This document shows, in pieces, positions 51,559-63,324 of a DNA stretch of 64,000 nt. Position numbers and translations under genes: made by a program. Origin of the DNA: Octopus sinensis. Its lineage: Eukaryota. The notes beneath the pieces are model-generated. The model made no database searches and was not told the origin of the DNA. It was given only the letters and a program-made list of their open reading frames with translations. The DNA is taken from the NCBI RefSeq assembly GCF_006345805.1, contig NC_043019.1:19157360-19221359 (forward strand). Reading direction: 5' to 3'. Position 1 is the stretch's first letter. Each line of letters starts with the position of its first letter.

Positions 51559-53399
51559 TTTGGGTATGGTAGATGAGTTCAGCAAAAATTTAGATTCAGA
51601 TGAGTATGGTACTTAAGTTGAGGCACCAGAATTTAGTACGGTATTATCCATACAATTTCAAAGTAAGGTGATTAAAGTCAAATTAAGCAACAAGGATATC
51701 CAGAGGTAATCCTGTATGATCGTTTCATGCAACTCCATTTAATTGACCATTGCAATCATTACATCAATTTAAAATGCAGAGCAGTCCTCAGCTGCACTAA
51801 GACATAGAATTTAATTAAATTAGAACAGATGGACACATTAGTATAATTATACCTAAAATCTCCAAGAAGTTAAGGAGATAGACAAAGAACATGCTGGCTT
51901 CACTCCAGCATAGAAATTACTAAGTTATCAAGAAGATATACATTGTTACAGACTCTGCCTGTCACTGATTTTTGTTTGTTTTTATGGGGTCAGTTTTAAT
52001 TTATAGACTAGTTTATCAAATCCTTGTATATCTAAGGCTGGGAGAACAAAGGACAGTATTTGTTAATGGTAGGACTGGGGGAGAAGACAGACATCATACT
52101 TGGTTTAGTCATAAAAATCAAGATTTACTAGAAGCAATATCATGAGGTTAGGTAACGGAAAACTTAAAACAAGATGTCAACTGACAATTAAGGGGGTCGC
52201 CCACTGGCAGACCATTGATAATGAAACAGGGGGAGTCTTATCATGTAGTACCATAGTTAAATATTTTAAACAATGTTGCTATATTGTATATAGTTAAAAT
52301 TTAGGGTTATTCAGAGGATTATCAAGAAGAATATTATAACAAAAGGATAGAAATTTATGAATACTTTTGAGTATATACCAAACTTTTACCACAATAAAGG
52401 GAGGAAAAGAAATTATATAGAAATAGCTTAATATTCATACATATTGTGCACTTAAATACTAGCTCATCGGATGGTATCTGTGAATATTGATTAATTAGTA
52501 TATACTGGTATTAATAAATGAGTATGTTAATTATATGTTAATGAAACTATAATCTAAGCAGTTTTTTATAAGTAGTGAATATACCAGTATAGTTTTATAT
52601 AAACTAAGTATGAATTTATAAAGATACAAAAACTAGATTAATTTTATAAATAAAGGCTAATTATAAAATAATAAAGAAATAAAATAAAATAATTATTTTA
52701 TAATTAGCCTTTTTCTGTCTGCTCCCTCAGCCCTATGAGAGAATACATACACAAAACAACACATACCAATCTGCACACATACATACATACACACACACAC
52801 ACACCCTGTTGATGTTGTTGAAATTCCAATGAAGAGGCCTTGGATCTAAGTTAGAAACCAATTCTTTCTCCATTGGCAAAAAATTTTGAAATAAAACTAA
52901 ATAATGACACACACACATTTATTTATTTGTATATGTATATGTGTATGTGTGTGCGTGTTTGCATACTTACAGACATATCTATGTATATATGTTTGTATGT
53001 TTGTACACACACATATACATGCGCATATATATATATATATACATGGTCTGTCCCTACTCATACACTCCTCATTCTATTCAAATTAGTTTGTGTTTTAAAT
53101 AGGATTTGATTGGTAGACAATAGTCACATGACTGGTCTTAGAAATTTTTGACTATTCTCTACCAATCAAACCCTATTCTAAACATATACTAACTTGTGCC
53201 ATGAACTCCCTATAAAAACAGGGGAAACTTTAAACCACAGCAAAGCAGCTGCGACATAAGCCACGTCTTTCTATTTGAACTTTTTGAAAATCAGTGGAAA
53301 CCGTGAAACCGGTTAAAGCTTCAAATATTTTATTAAAAAATATTTTAACCGCATTTTCAACTTCTATTTTTTCTATACATACATACATACATATATAAA

Positions 53400-53830
53400 T
53401 ATATACACATACATACATATATACATATACATACATATATTTATGGCTGGCCCCTCGTTATCGAGTATGGCCATTGCACGAAGCTCAACTGCTACTGGTG
53501 CTATGATCGAATGTGACTTTTTAGCCCAGCTAAAGATGTACAATGTCTTGTACAGAATTGGCAACTAAAACCTTTACTGGTAATAGCCGGCTATAGTTGT
53601 AACTGGGCTTCATGTACCTTTGCATGTCGTTTAAGTCCTCCTGCCGAATTACACTCTCTTCCACATGCCCGACAGATATGATTAGTATGGTGTGTTACAC
53701 CACCACCAGTGGCCAGGTTGTCACTCATCTGTCTCGTTTTATGACTACGAAGATGACTCATGAGTCCAGCTTTACTGAGGCAGGGTTTTGCACAGACATT
53801 GCATGTCAGAATCAAAGGAAGACCCTTCCC
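53400..53830 (-). mobile_element. 3' end of an RTE-like LINE encoding three tandem C2H2 fingers
   Basis: CNVCAKPCLSKAGLMSHLRSH and CRACGRECNSAGGLKRHAKVH (ORF 53591-53815); in the same frame past one TAG, CQFCTRHCTSLAGLKSHIRS*H. A short 3'UTR and microsatellite tail follow. Finger 1 resembles the terminal finger at 25130-25200. Confidence 0.7.
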
Positions 53831-56506
53831 TTCTGGAAGTGTAACAGCGATGCCCTTCCTGACATCCCTCCTTACTTTCTCATGTATGTATATATATATG
53901 TAACTTTTTCCACTAATGGGTATATGTCAATTAGTGTGTTGAGTAAAGCATGTTCACAGTGTTGGGCTACCTGGTGTCATCCATGGTTGGGGTAAATTTC
54001 TGGTGGATTTACTTCAGGAATTCCACAGTGTTAGTTGAGATAATAATAACTGATGAAGGAAACAGAAGATGGATTTGGCATTAGTCTTAGACTAATCTTC
54101 TGTGTCCTCCATTGATTATTATTATCAATACACACACACACACACAGATATAGAGAGAGATGATCTCATGTTGCAGTGGTTGTGTTGTAAGCAAGGCTCA
54201 TAGCCTATTCCAGTGGATGTGACTGAACAAAAAGCACCAGGCTCCAAACACTACTTCGCAGTTGAGTATCGTTTCCTTCTTCAAAACAATCTAATTCGAT
54301 GAAATTGTTTTTAGCAGCAGACTGTTCTCACTTAATTCAGAAAGAGGACAATATTAATTTTGGGATGAGATAATCTCATCTTTGAACATTTATCTACACC
54401 ATATTGCAATCAGTTTCATTCAGGTGTATGGCTGACAGGGCGAGATTCAAACTAGAAACCATTATCCACTCTGTCATTGATACACTTACATCGACTCACT
54501 ACCCTTAATTTAAATCTCACCTGCTACTAAGCATAAGAATGAAAGACCTGACGAAGAACAGGGGTCAACTGAAATGTAGCGTAATAAAATATCAAAAAAC
54601 AATTAAGTTCTAAAAATGAGGATGGAAGTCTCAAATATGATATTCATACTAGCAATAACTTATACTAGTAAGACCATGTGAGCTGTGGAATGGATCCTTC
54701 AACGGTATCAAACATATTACTTGCACATCTCCAGCTACAAGAAAAGAAAATATATAGAAAGCTGAAAAGGATTCAAAAAGAAAGTAAAAAATGGGGGAAA
54801 TTGCAGAACATCCCATGATTACCGTCTTTAAGGAGATTATTTCACAGTTAAAGGATTAGGAATAGGAAAGATGTCTAATTTTAAAACAATTGCTTTAACA
54901 AAAGCCAAAATAAAAATCTAGGAAAATAAATATAAAACAGGGGTTTTCCAGACTTGAACCAACACACCACATTGCCTCTCACCTTGTATCTGTAGGACTT
55001 GGTTCTTGATAACAATCTCTCAAGGCTGAAGAATATGTCTGTCTGGTAAGAGATATTGTTCAATATTGAATGAACTGATGAACATGCCAGACATCCCATG
55101 CTGCTTTTAATGTGTTCAGAGTCCAGATCTTATGACTAAAGTTGACCTACACAACTAATGTGCCCTTGACTGAAACTGATTACTAGAATGGCTTCTCCAG
55201 ACCCTGTATACAATTGAACCCAGCAATGTAAGATAACAGGTAATTTGTTAAATCTACAGTTTTGCTCCAGCTGACAGTAGTGAGATGCTTTTTTCCCCCA
55301 TGGTGTGACTACTTTCAACTTGAGGGAGTGGCCCAATTAAGGGTTAAATAATCATTACTTTGGAAACCTTGAAAAGCCACTGACAGGATCTGGTTGGTTG
55401 TCCAGTATTCCGGCCGTCTCTGGACATTGTAGTTTGTTCATTCATTTTACATCTGTTTTTCCATGCTTTCATGTGTTGGACAAATATGTCCTTCCTGGCG
55501 CTGGCACTCACCTGGTTTTCCAGTAAATGATTAAATGTTTTGTTGACAGGTGAAGTTGACAACACCACCATCTGCTGCACTGTCACACAACTGATTACAG
55601 ATGTAAACAAACATATAGACATTAATGAATATGCATGTGTGTGTGCACACTCACACCATTATCATCATAATATTTGTATGGGTCAGACAGAATTCTTTGA
55701 GGCAGATTTTTTATGGCTGTTGCCAATCCTCACCTGTTTCTAAGCAAGGTAATACTCTTCCATGGCTTGACATTTTTCTCCCAGAAGATTGGTAATGATG
55801 AAGTACACCACTTGTATGATGGTGAAGCTCATCTACAGCCATCATGTGAAGACTCGCAGACACAATCAGACACACATGCACACACACACACACACACACA
55901 CTTGCAGGTATTTTCTTTCAGTTTCCATCATTCAAATCTACCTACAAGGCTTTCTTAGAAGACACCTGCCCAAGGTGGGTCTAAATACAAAACTATGTGG
56001 TTGACAAATGAACTTCTGGATCACATTTTGCTGTGTTTGATTGCGTTTTAATTTCGTCCACAACAATGAACCAGTCGTAGGCATTAACAAGAACAGTAAG
56101 ACCCTCAGACCTGGTGCCATGGGCTATTTGTCCTGGTTCTTGGCTTAATTAGTTCAAATCTTGGCATGACCTACTTAGGTGCTTACGTGGTAGATTTAAT
56201 CCATTCTCTACTTCAGTGCTCCCATCCAGCACCTTTGATAACCTTGGTGAAATCTATTGTTTTGTAAGTATTTGAGCTTGGTTTCCAATTTGAGGATACT
56301 ATCCTCTAACCCTTCCATAAGTTTGAGGGACCTCATAAAAGTCATGGGTTCTACTTTTTCTTCTGAGAAAGATTAGAAATTTAAAAAAAGTCAGAATTGT
56401 AAATAGAAATATTTGAAGTCATGACTGTCACAATGTCTCACTATGATATTGTGTGCTTAGTGAAAAAGAACTAATCGATCTTATGTGTGGACTTCTTTGA
56501 CTACAG

Positions 56507-56692
56507 AGCCAAGAGAAGAACCTAAAAGTACAGATAATGTCAGTGTGCAAACTGATAAGATTGGTGATGTTCCCAGTACACCGAAGACACAAACTGATGT
56601 CCAGAAGCAAGCAAAACCAGGTGCTTCACCAATCCATATCAATGTGACCATGCCTCACATCTGTCAACCGGAAACAGCCAAACCCACTCCAG
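56507..56692 (+). CDS. Host gene coding exon 4: (E)PREEPKSTDNVSVQTDKIGDVPSTPKTQTDVQKQAKPGASPIHINVTMPHICQPETAKPTP
   Basis: Acceptor ttctttgactaCAG|, donor CCAG|GTAAGT, 186 nt (62 codons), phase 1/1. Confidence 0.88.
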
Positions 56693-57323
56693 GTAAGTAA
56701 ATCAGTGATCTCTCTCTCTCTCTGATTGTGTCAACCATCAACTGACTCCTGAGAGTCACTGGTCTCTCTGATTGTATATCTGCTTGTCTGTGAATTTGAT
56801 TACCTCTTTAACCATCTGACCATCAACTCGGACTGTCTGTCTGACATCAGCTCTTAAAGAAATGTTGAGGGTTGTCTATGGTTCGTTTCACTTTCACTTC
56901 TGCTGTATACTTCTTGTCCTGTCAGAAACCCAGCCACCTATTTGCCCCTTTATTGAGTAGAATGATGGTCAAGAGTGTTCCTGCAATGGCAATACTGTCC
57001 TTTCCTTGCCTCCCACTCCTACAGAGACCTGGCAATTAGAGTGTCGTTAGTGATATTTGGCCCCATATCACTTCTGACTAAGCAGTTCTATTATCAGAAC
57101 AATTCAAGTTAAAACCATCTCATTTTTTTCTTATTTAAAATGGAAGAAGTGATTTTTGAGGAAGATTTAGCTGCTCTTTCTAAAAAGAGAGGTTAATCAT
57201 ACAAAGAAGCTTTTGTCGGCTTATGGGAGTTATGCAATTAAACATGAATATTGGATAAAAAGACACATTGAAGAGAAGGGAATTCCTGTTGGAGACCCCA
57301 GGTTTGATAGAATTATAACAGAA

Positions 57324-59300
57324 CAGTGATTCCCAACCAAATACATGATCCCTTGGGGTTTTCAGAAGATAGTATTTAGGGTCCATGAGCTGAGTTTAAA
57401 TGGCTGCAGTGCAAAATGTCTAATTACTCACTATAAGGTTCATAAAAAATATGCCTAGAACTTTATACAGTTCTAGTACAAGGTTAACTTTGACAGGGTC
57501 ACAGCACAGAATGGAAGACTTCTGGATATTCAGTAACTGGATCTGTGTTTGTTTGATTTCTGAATTTTGACACTTAATTGGATTAGTAAAGGTATTAATG
57601 ATATAGCATGGTTTGAAACTGTTGCTATGACTATTGTATATTGTGAATGTGGCATATGACATGTCATCTTGTGCATGCTCATCCAGAAATTGCTTACAAG
57701 TGATACTAATATAAAAAAAAAATACCATGTGTGAACATGAGACATAATGTTTTGACTGGATAATGTTTTAACGGATCACATGGAAACACCAACTATTTGA
57801 ATAAACTCTGTATATTTATGAATTATTCTCTTCATAACAGTTTTAACATCAATAAAAACACTTTATATGTCTGACCATGGAAACACATCGAAATGAAAAG
57901 ATAGTGAGAACTTAGGTGTCAGATGCATCTTGGTTAAAGGAAACAGATTCTGGTTTAAGTTTTATGAAATGAATAACTTGTAAATCTTGTGACAAGTCCA
58001 TATCTTTTGCATTTCTATACAGCTACCATAAATTTGATAAAAAGCCACATTGTGTTGTGTTTTATGAAGCTTTGTCCAATGACAGCATGAAGCCGACCAA
58101 GTGTGGCTGACACAAAGGAAACAAGAACCTATTGAATATTTTCCAAGATTGCAAAAACTACTTTTACAACAAAAGTCAATGGAAAAACTTGTAGCTGACT
58201 GATAATAAAAATACTATTTACATTGTATGATGTGTCTCTTTTAACAGCAATGAGTGGAAACTACTCACAAACAGCAAAGGAACTGATTCTGCTGCCAAAG
58301 CAATTGCCACCAGAATACATGAAAACAAAAGAGGAAGCAATTATGATATGATTCCATTACCAAACAGCACTAAAGCAGCATTAATAAAAGACACGTCTGA
58401 TATTCATAAACATTAGTAAAAAGAGTAATTAAAAGTGAAAAGTATTCCTTATGTTTAGATGAAAGTCCACAGATTTCTAATTGTGACATTTTGGCTTGCA
58501 TTCCTGGTATGGATTTTAAAATGGAATTAACAAACAGTTTCTGCTTTGCCAATCATTGCCACCAAATAACAACTGGTGAGTCTATTTTTAATGGTCTGAA
58601 CAATTTTGCAATAAAAAGATAAAATATCAACTGTCAAATGAATTCAATGCTGCATCCATAAAGAAACACGAGTAGTGAGAAATATGACAAGAAAATTGAA
58701 AATTGAAAATGGAGGAGGCAGAGAAGATTTGTGAGGAGGTGGACAGTGTCCATGGACAACTACTCTCACATTTTCAGGTGTGCTGGTTGTCTTATGGTAA
58801 AGTACATACCTGTATATTTAAGTTGCATGATGAAAGAAGACAATCCAATTTTATTCTGAATTACTAAATTGTTCAGGCCATTAAATGTTATGGCAAGCTG
58901 TGGTAGAATATAGGGTTGACATTTTGACATATCTGAGTCAACAAGAGAAATCCATAATGATTTAATGATTTTAAAATGGAAGTGGAAGTCAATTATGAAA
59001 TTAGATTTATGGTTTGAACAGCTGCAGATTGGTGAGTTTGAATCCTTCCTGGAACTTTCCTGCAACATCTGAAAATGACTTCTCTGTAGAAATTAGAACC
59101 CTTTTCATTAAACACTCACAAAATTTGGGGATTATTTTCCTTTCCCAGATTCTAGTAATGATTTGTCTAGGGGTCCATTATATGTAAATGGAAAAACCAT
59201 AACCTTCGAATGAAGAAAACAGTATTGTTGGATTTTTACAAGATACCTCAGTTATGTGTAGTATGATTTAGCAGACTTGGTTCCATATAAAGAACGAGTC
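57324..59300 (+). mobile_element. hAT (Charlie/Buster-like) transposon remnant
   Basis: 5' end cagtgattcccaacc (Charlie-type TIR); AKELIL...IPLPNST and SLCLDESPQISNCDIL (cf. EELILPA, IPLSN.T, FSLQLDESTD). The 3' end was not located. Confidence 0.65.
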
Positions 59301-59896
59301 TCATTATTAATTTTCTTCCTAATTAGTTGTGCTATATTTCTCACTATTATGTTTGTAACCCAATCTATCAGTTTGGTGCCTGTAGTGACATCTGCATCTC
59401 CTTTTCTCTCATAAAATTGATGAGTCTCTGATGTTACTCATTAGGAATGAATTCTTCCTTTACTATCAGATTAATTACATGACTAACTCATGCACGTTCT
59501 GCTTCATCTGATATTTTCAATATCTCAGCATCAGTCCCATGATGGTCTGGCTGATTTTTCGATCTTCATACTCTTAATGGCCATTTCACATGTATAACCA
59601 TCAACTCCAAGAGCTCGGCCATCCATTGAGTCTACTTGGGGTAGATCTTCTCTCATCTCAGCACTCTCTTAAATTGGTAACCACTTGTAATAGCATTTTC
59701 GTGCTTCTTTCTTACTAGCATCGGTGAGATCATGTCACTAACATTACACATTTATTTCATTTCAGCTGCATCTGATTCTTCATTGTAAGCAGGAATATTT
59801 CAGGTCATGCTTGTCACTACTTCACACTGTCTCTCCTTTTAAAGCTAAAAAATGTGACTAGTCAAAAAACATTAATTAATGCTTCTTTAATTTCAG

Positions 59897-60019
59897 CTGC
59901 ACCACAGCCAGACTCTGCAGCAGAGCAAAAAAAGAAGCCTGAACTTAAGGAAATTGGTGTGCAATATGATAATATGGATGCTGGCACAAAGGAAGATGTG
60001 CCCCCTGAGACCACTCCAG
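59897..60019 (+). CDS. Host gene coding exon 5 (repeat copy A): (A)APQPDSAAEQKKKPELKEIGVQYDNMDAGTKEDVPPETTP
   Basis: Acceptor ttctttaatttCAG|, donor CCAG|GTAGCT, 123 nt, phase 1/1. Confidence 0.85.
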
Positions 60020-60294
60020 GTAGCTAAGCTATTGAGTTCCCTATTTGACTAAAACCTTGTATATCCATCAGTTTGTGTGATTACCTCTTTGATCCTCTGA
60101 CTGCCAGTTCAAACCATTTGACCACCTCTCCAATGGACTGTCAATCTATTTGTTTGTCTGACATCAGCTTCATTGTCTGTCTGTCTGATCAATTGTCTGT
60201 TTGCCTGCATATCTGCCTGCCAGTCTTATTGTCTAACAGTCAAATTACTCTGAATAAACTAATTAATGCTATGTGTAATCTTCTTTAATTTCAG

Positions 60295-60417
60295 CTGCAC
60301 CACAGCCAGACTCTGCAGCAGAGAAACCAAAGAAGCCTGATCTTAAGGAAATCGGTGTGCAAACTGCTGACATGGATGCTGACAAAAAGGAAGATGTGCC
60401 CCCTGAGACCACTCCAG
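60295..60417 (+). CDS. Host gene coding exon 6 (repeat copy B): (A)APQPDSAAEKPKKPDLKEIGVQTADMDADKKEDVPPETTP
   Basis: Acceptor ttctttaatttCAG|, donor CCAG|GTAACT, 123 nt, phase 1/1. Confidence 0.88.
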
Positions 60418-60690
60418 GTAACTAAGCTGCTGAGTTCTCTATTTGACTAAAAACCTTGTATATCCATCAGTTTGTGTGATTACCTCTTTGATCCTCCGAC
60501 TGCCAGCTCAAATCATTTGACTGCCTGTCCAATGGACTATCAATCTATTTGTCTGTCTGTCTGATCAATTATCTGTTTGCCTGCCATTCCTGCTGCCAGT
60601 CTTATTGTCTAACAATCTAATTACTCTTTGTAACACATTTTGTTCCTGAATAAACTAATTAATGCTATGTGTAATCTTCTTTAATTTCAG

Positions 60691-60840
60691 CTGCACCACA
60701 GCCAGACTCTGCAGCAGAGAAACCAAAGAAACCTAAACTTTTTAAGGAAATCGGTGTGCAAACTGCTGACATGGATGCTGACAAAAAGGAAGATGTACAC
60801 CCACCATTAACAGTTCAACTTATCATAGAAGAGAGTCCAG
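60691..60840 (+). CDS. Host gene coding exon 7 (repeat copy C): (A)APQPDSAAEKPKKPKLFKEIGVQTADMDADKKEDVHPPLTVQLIIEESP
   Basis: Acceptor ttctttaatttCAG|, donor CCAG|GTAACT, 150 nt, phase 1/1. The gene continues beyond this exon. Confidence 0.88.
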
Positions 60841-61335
60841 GTAACTAAACTGCCGAGTTCTCTATTTGACTAAAACCTTGTATACCCATCAGTTTGTGTG
60901 ATTGCCTCTTTGATCATCCAACTGCCAAATCATTTGACTACCTGTCCAACAGACTATCAATCTATTTGTCTGATTGTCTGATTGATTATCTGTTTGCCTG
61001 CATGTCTGCCAGCCAGCCTCATTGTCTAACAATCTAATTACTCTTTGTAACACATTTTGTTCCTAAATAGTGTTATTTGCTTATTGCTTATGATGAAAAA
61101 ATATAGAAAATGGTTGTTATTTCTTTCAAACTTTACTCTTGCAACCTGTTTGATGATATTTTGAAATTTACCTATTTTTTTCCTGTGGGAAAAACAAGTG
61201 TATTTATTACATTTTCATTCACATAAGATCAGAAAGAATCAACAGATGAATCAAATTTAACAGGTTCGTATGGTTAGGTTATATAAAAATTCAAAAGTGA
61301 GTGGAGGTTTATTTTAAATATACAATTGAACTCAC

Positions 61336-61554
61336 TTTACTCTTTTACTTGTTTCAGTCATTTGACTGCGGCCATACTGGAGCACTGCCTTTAGTCGAGC
61401 AAATCGACCCAGGGACTTATTTGTTGTAAGCCCAGTACTTATTCTATCGGTCTCTTCTGCCAAACCGCTAAGTGACGGGGATGTAAACACACTAGCATCG
61501 GTTGTCAAGCAATGCTAGGAGTAGAAACACAGACACACAAACATATACATATAT

Positions 61555-61605
<51 letters not shown>

Positions 61606-61770
61606 CGACGGCCTTCTTTCAGTTTCCGTCTACCAAATTCACTCAAGACTTTGGTTGGCCTGAGGCTATAGTACAAGACACTTGCCCAAGATGCTACACA
61701 GTGGGAATGAACCCGGAACCATGTGGTTCATAAGCAAGCTACTTACCACACAGCCACTCCTGCGCCTATA
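61336..61770 (-). mobile_element. CORE-like tRNA SINE, full length
   Basis: Minus strand ataggcgcaggagtggctgtgtggtaag...gttccgggttcattcccac...cttgggcaagtgtc, an internal (TG)n, and a 3' gactgaaacaagtaaaagagtaaa tail. Confidence 0.9.
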
Positions 61771-62102
61771 AATTACTTTCAGATTCAGCCTCAAGAACAT
61801 CTCCCAAGTTTTCATTATATACTCCATGCTAGCAGTGTTCAAAGTCCAGTATATCCTAATTAAATCACTTGCCTTACTTCATTAAGTAACGTTTCCTTAA
61901 TCTCCCTGAGTTTATCAAGATGGGCATTAAAGATATAGACTTTTGGGGACATTTTGTAACCTATTTTGTTAATGTTTTCCACCAAATTCTCAAACAGTTC
62001 CTCATAGCTTTCTACCTGCTAATTGTCCAAGAATCCTTAAATCACTACAACAAAACTGTTCCCAGTTACTTTCTCCTTCCTTGAACTTTTTAAAGAATTT
62101 TG

Positions 62103-62498
62103 CACACTGTGGTAAGTAGCTTGTTTACGAACCACATGGTTCCAGGTTCAGTCCCACTGTGTGGCATCTTGGGCAAGTTTCTTCTACTATAGCCTCAGGT
62201 CGACCAAAGCCTTGTGAGTGGATTTGATAGACGGAAACTGAAAGAAGCCCGTTATATATATGTATATATATATATATGTGTGTGTGTTTATGTGTTTGTG
62301 TTTGTCCACCCCCCAACATCGCTAGACAACCGATGCTGGTGTGTTTACGTCACCGTAACTTAGCGGTTTGGCAAAAGAGACTGATAGAATAAGTACTAGG
62401 CTTACAAAGAATAAGTCGTAGGGTCGATTTGCTCAACTAAAGGCGGTGCTCCAGCATGGCCACAGTCAAATGACTGAAACAAGTAAAGGAGTAAAGGA
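62103..62498 (+). mobile_element. CORE-like tRNA SINE, same family
   Basis: ctgtggtaagtagc...ggttccaggttcagtcccact...cttgggcaagt...gactgaaacaagtaaaggagtaaagg. Confidence 0.9.
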
Positions 62499-62900
62499 CT
62501 CCATGATCTTCTTCGTTTGTGGTTCAACAAAAATACATGTCATGATTTTTATCTCAGAGGGCAAAACAGGTTTTCTGAAGCTACGACTTTGGTTTTACTT
62601 GAAGGAAGTTTTGAAGGTAATTACAGGTTGCAGGCCCCTTTTCAGAAGCTGTAACAAACTGTTTCATAGGGTTCAGAGTTTTTAGTGCAATGTTGGGAAT
62701 AACATTTTCCAGTGGTCCACAAATGACTCACATTTGATGTTTCTTTCCATAGAAAACTTGGTCCACGGTGGTCAGCACCACAGTGTCTCTGCTGTCTGAA
62801 AGGCAAAAATAGCAGGAAAACTGCTCAATGATTTGATCAATTATTTTGGCTTCACAAAGCCAATTGCTAAGCAAATGTGTGAGTCACAAATCAACAGATG

Positions 62901-63324
62901 TACTCTTTACTCTCTTTTACTTGTTTCAATCATTTAGCTGTGACCATGCTGGAGCACCGCCTTTAGTCGAACAAATCGACCCCAGGACTTATTCTTTGTA
63001 AGCCTAGTACTTATTCTATGGGTCTCTTTTGCCGAACTGCTAAGTTACAGGAACATAAACACACCAGCATCAGTTGTCAAGTGATGTTGGGGGAGGGGAC
63101 AAACACAGACACACAAACATATACACACACATGTATACATATATATATATACATATATACGATAGGCTTCTTTCGGTTTCCATCTACCAAATCCACTCAC
63201 ATGGCTTTGGTTGGCCCAAGGCTATAGTAGAAGACACTTGCCCAAGGTGCCACGCAGTGGGACTGAACCCAGAACCATGTGGCTGGTAAGCAAGCTACTT
63301 ACCACACAGCTACTCCTGCGCCTA
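62901..63324 (-). mobile_element. CORE-like tRNA SINE, same family
   Basis: Same orientation as, and homologous to, 61336-61770. Confidence 0.9.

Noticed and set aside
51700-51810. Possible hammerhead ribozyme on - strand (CTGAGGA...GAAAC)
   Set aside because: Stems I and III do not pair as required.
54050-54110. CTGATGA followed by a 14-bp stem (hammerhead-like)
   Set aside because: No GAAA after the stem, so the catalytic core is incomplete; at most a decayed Penelope-type end.
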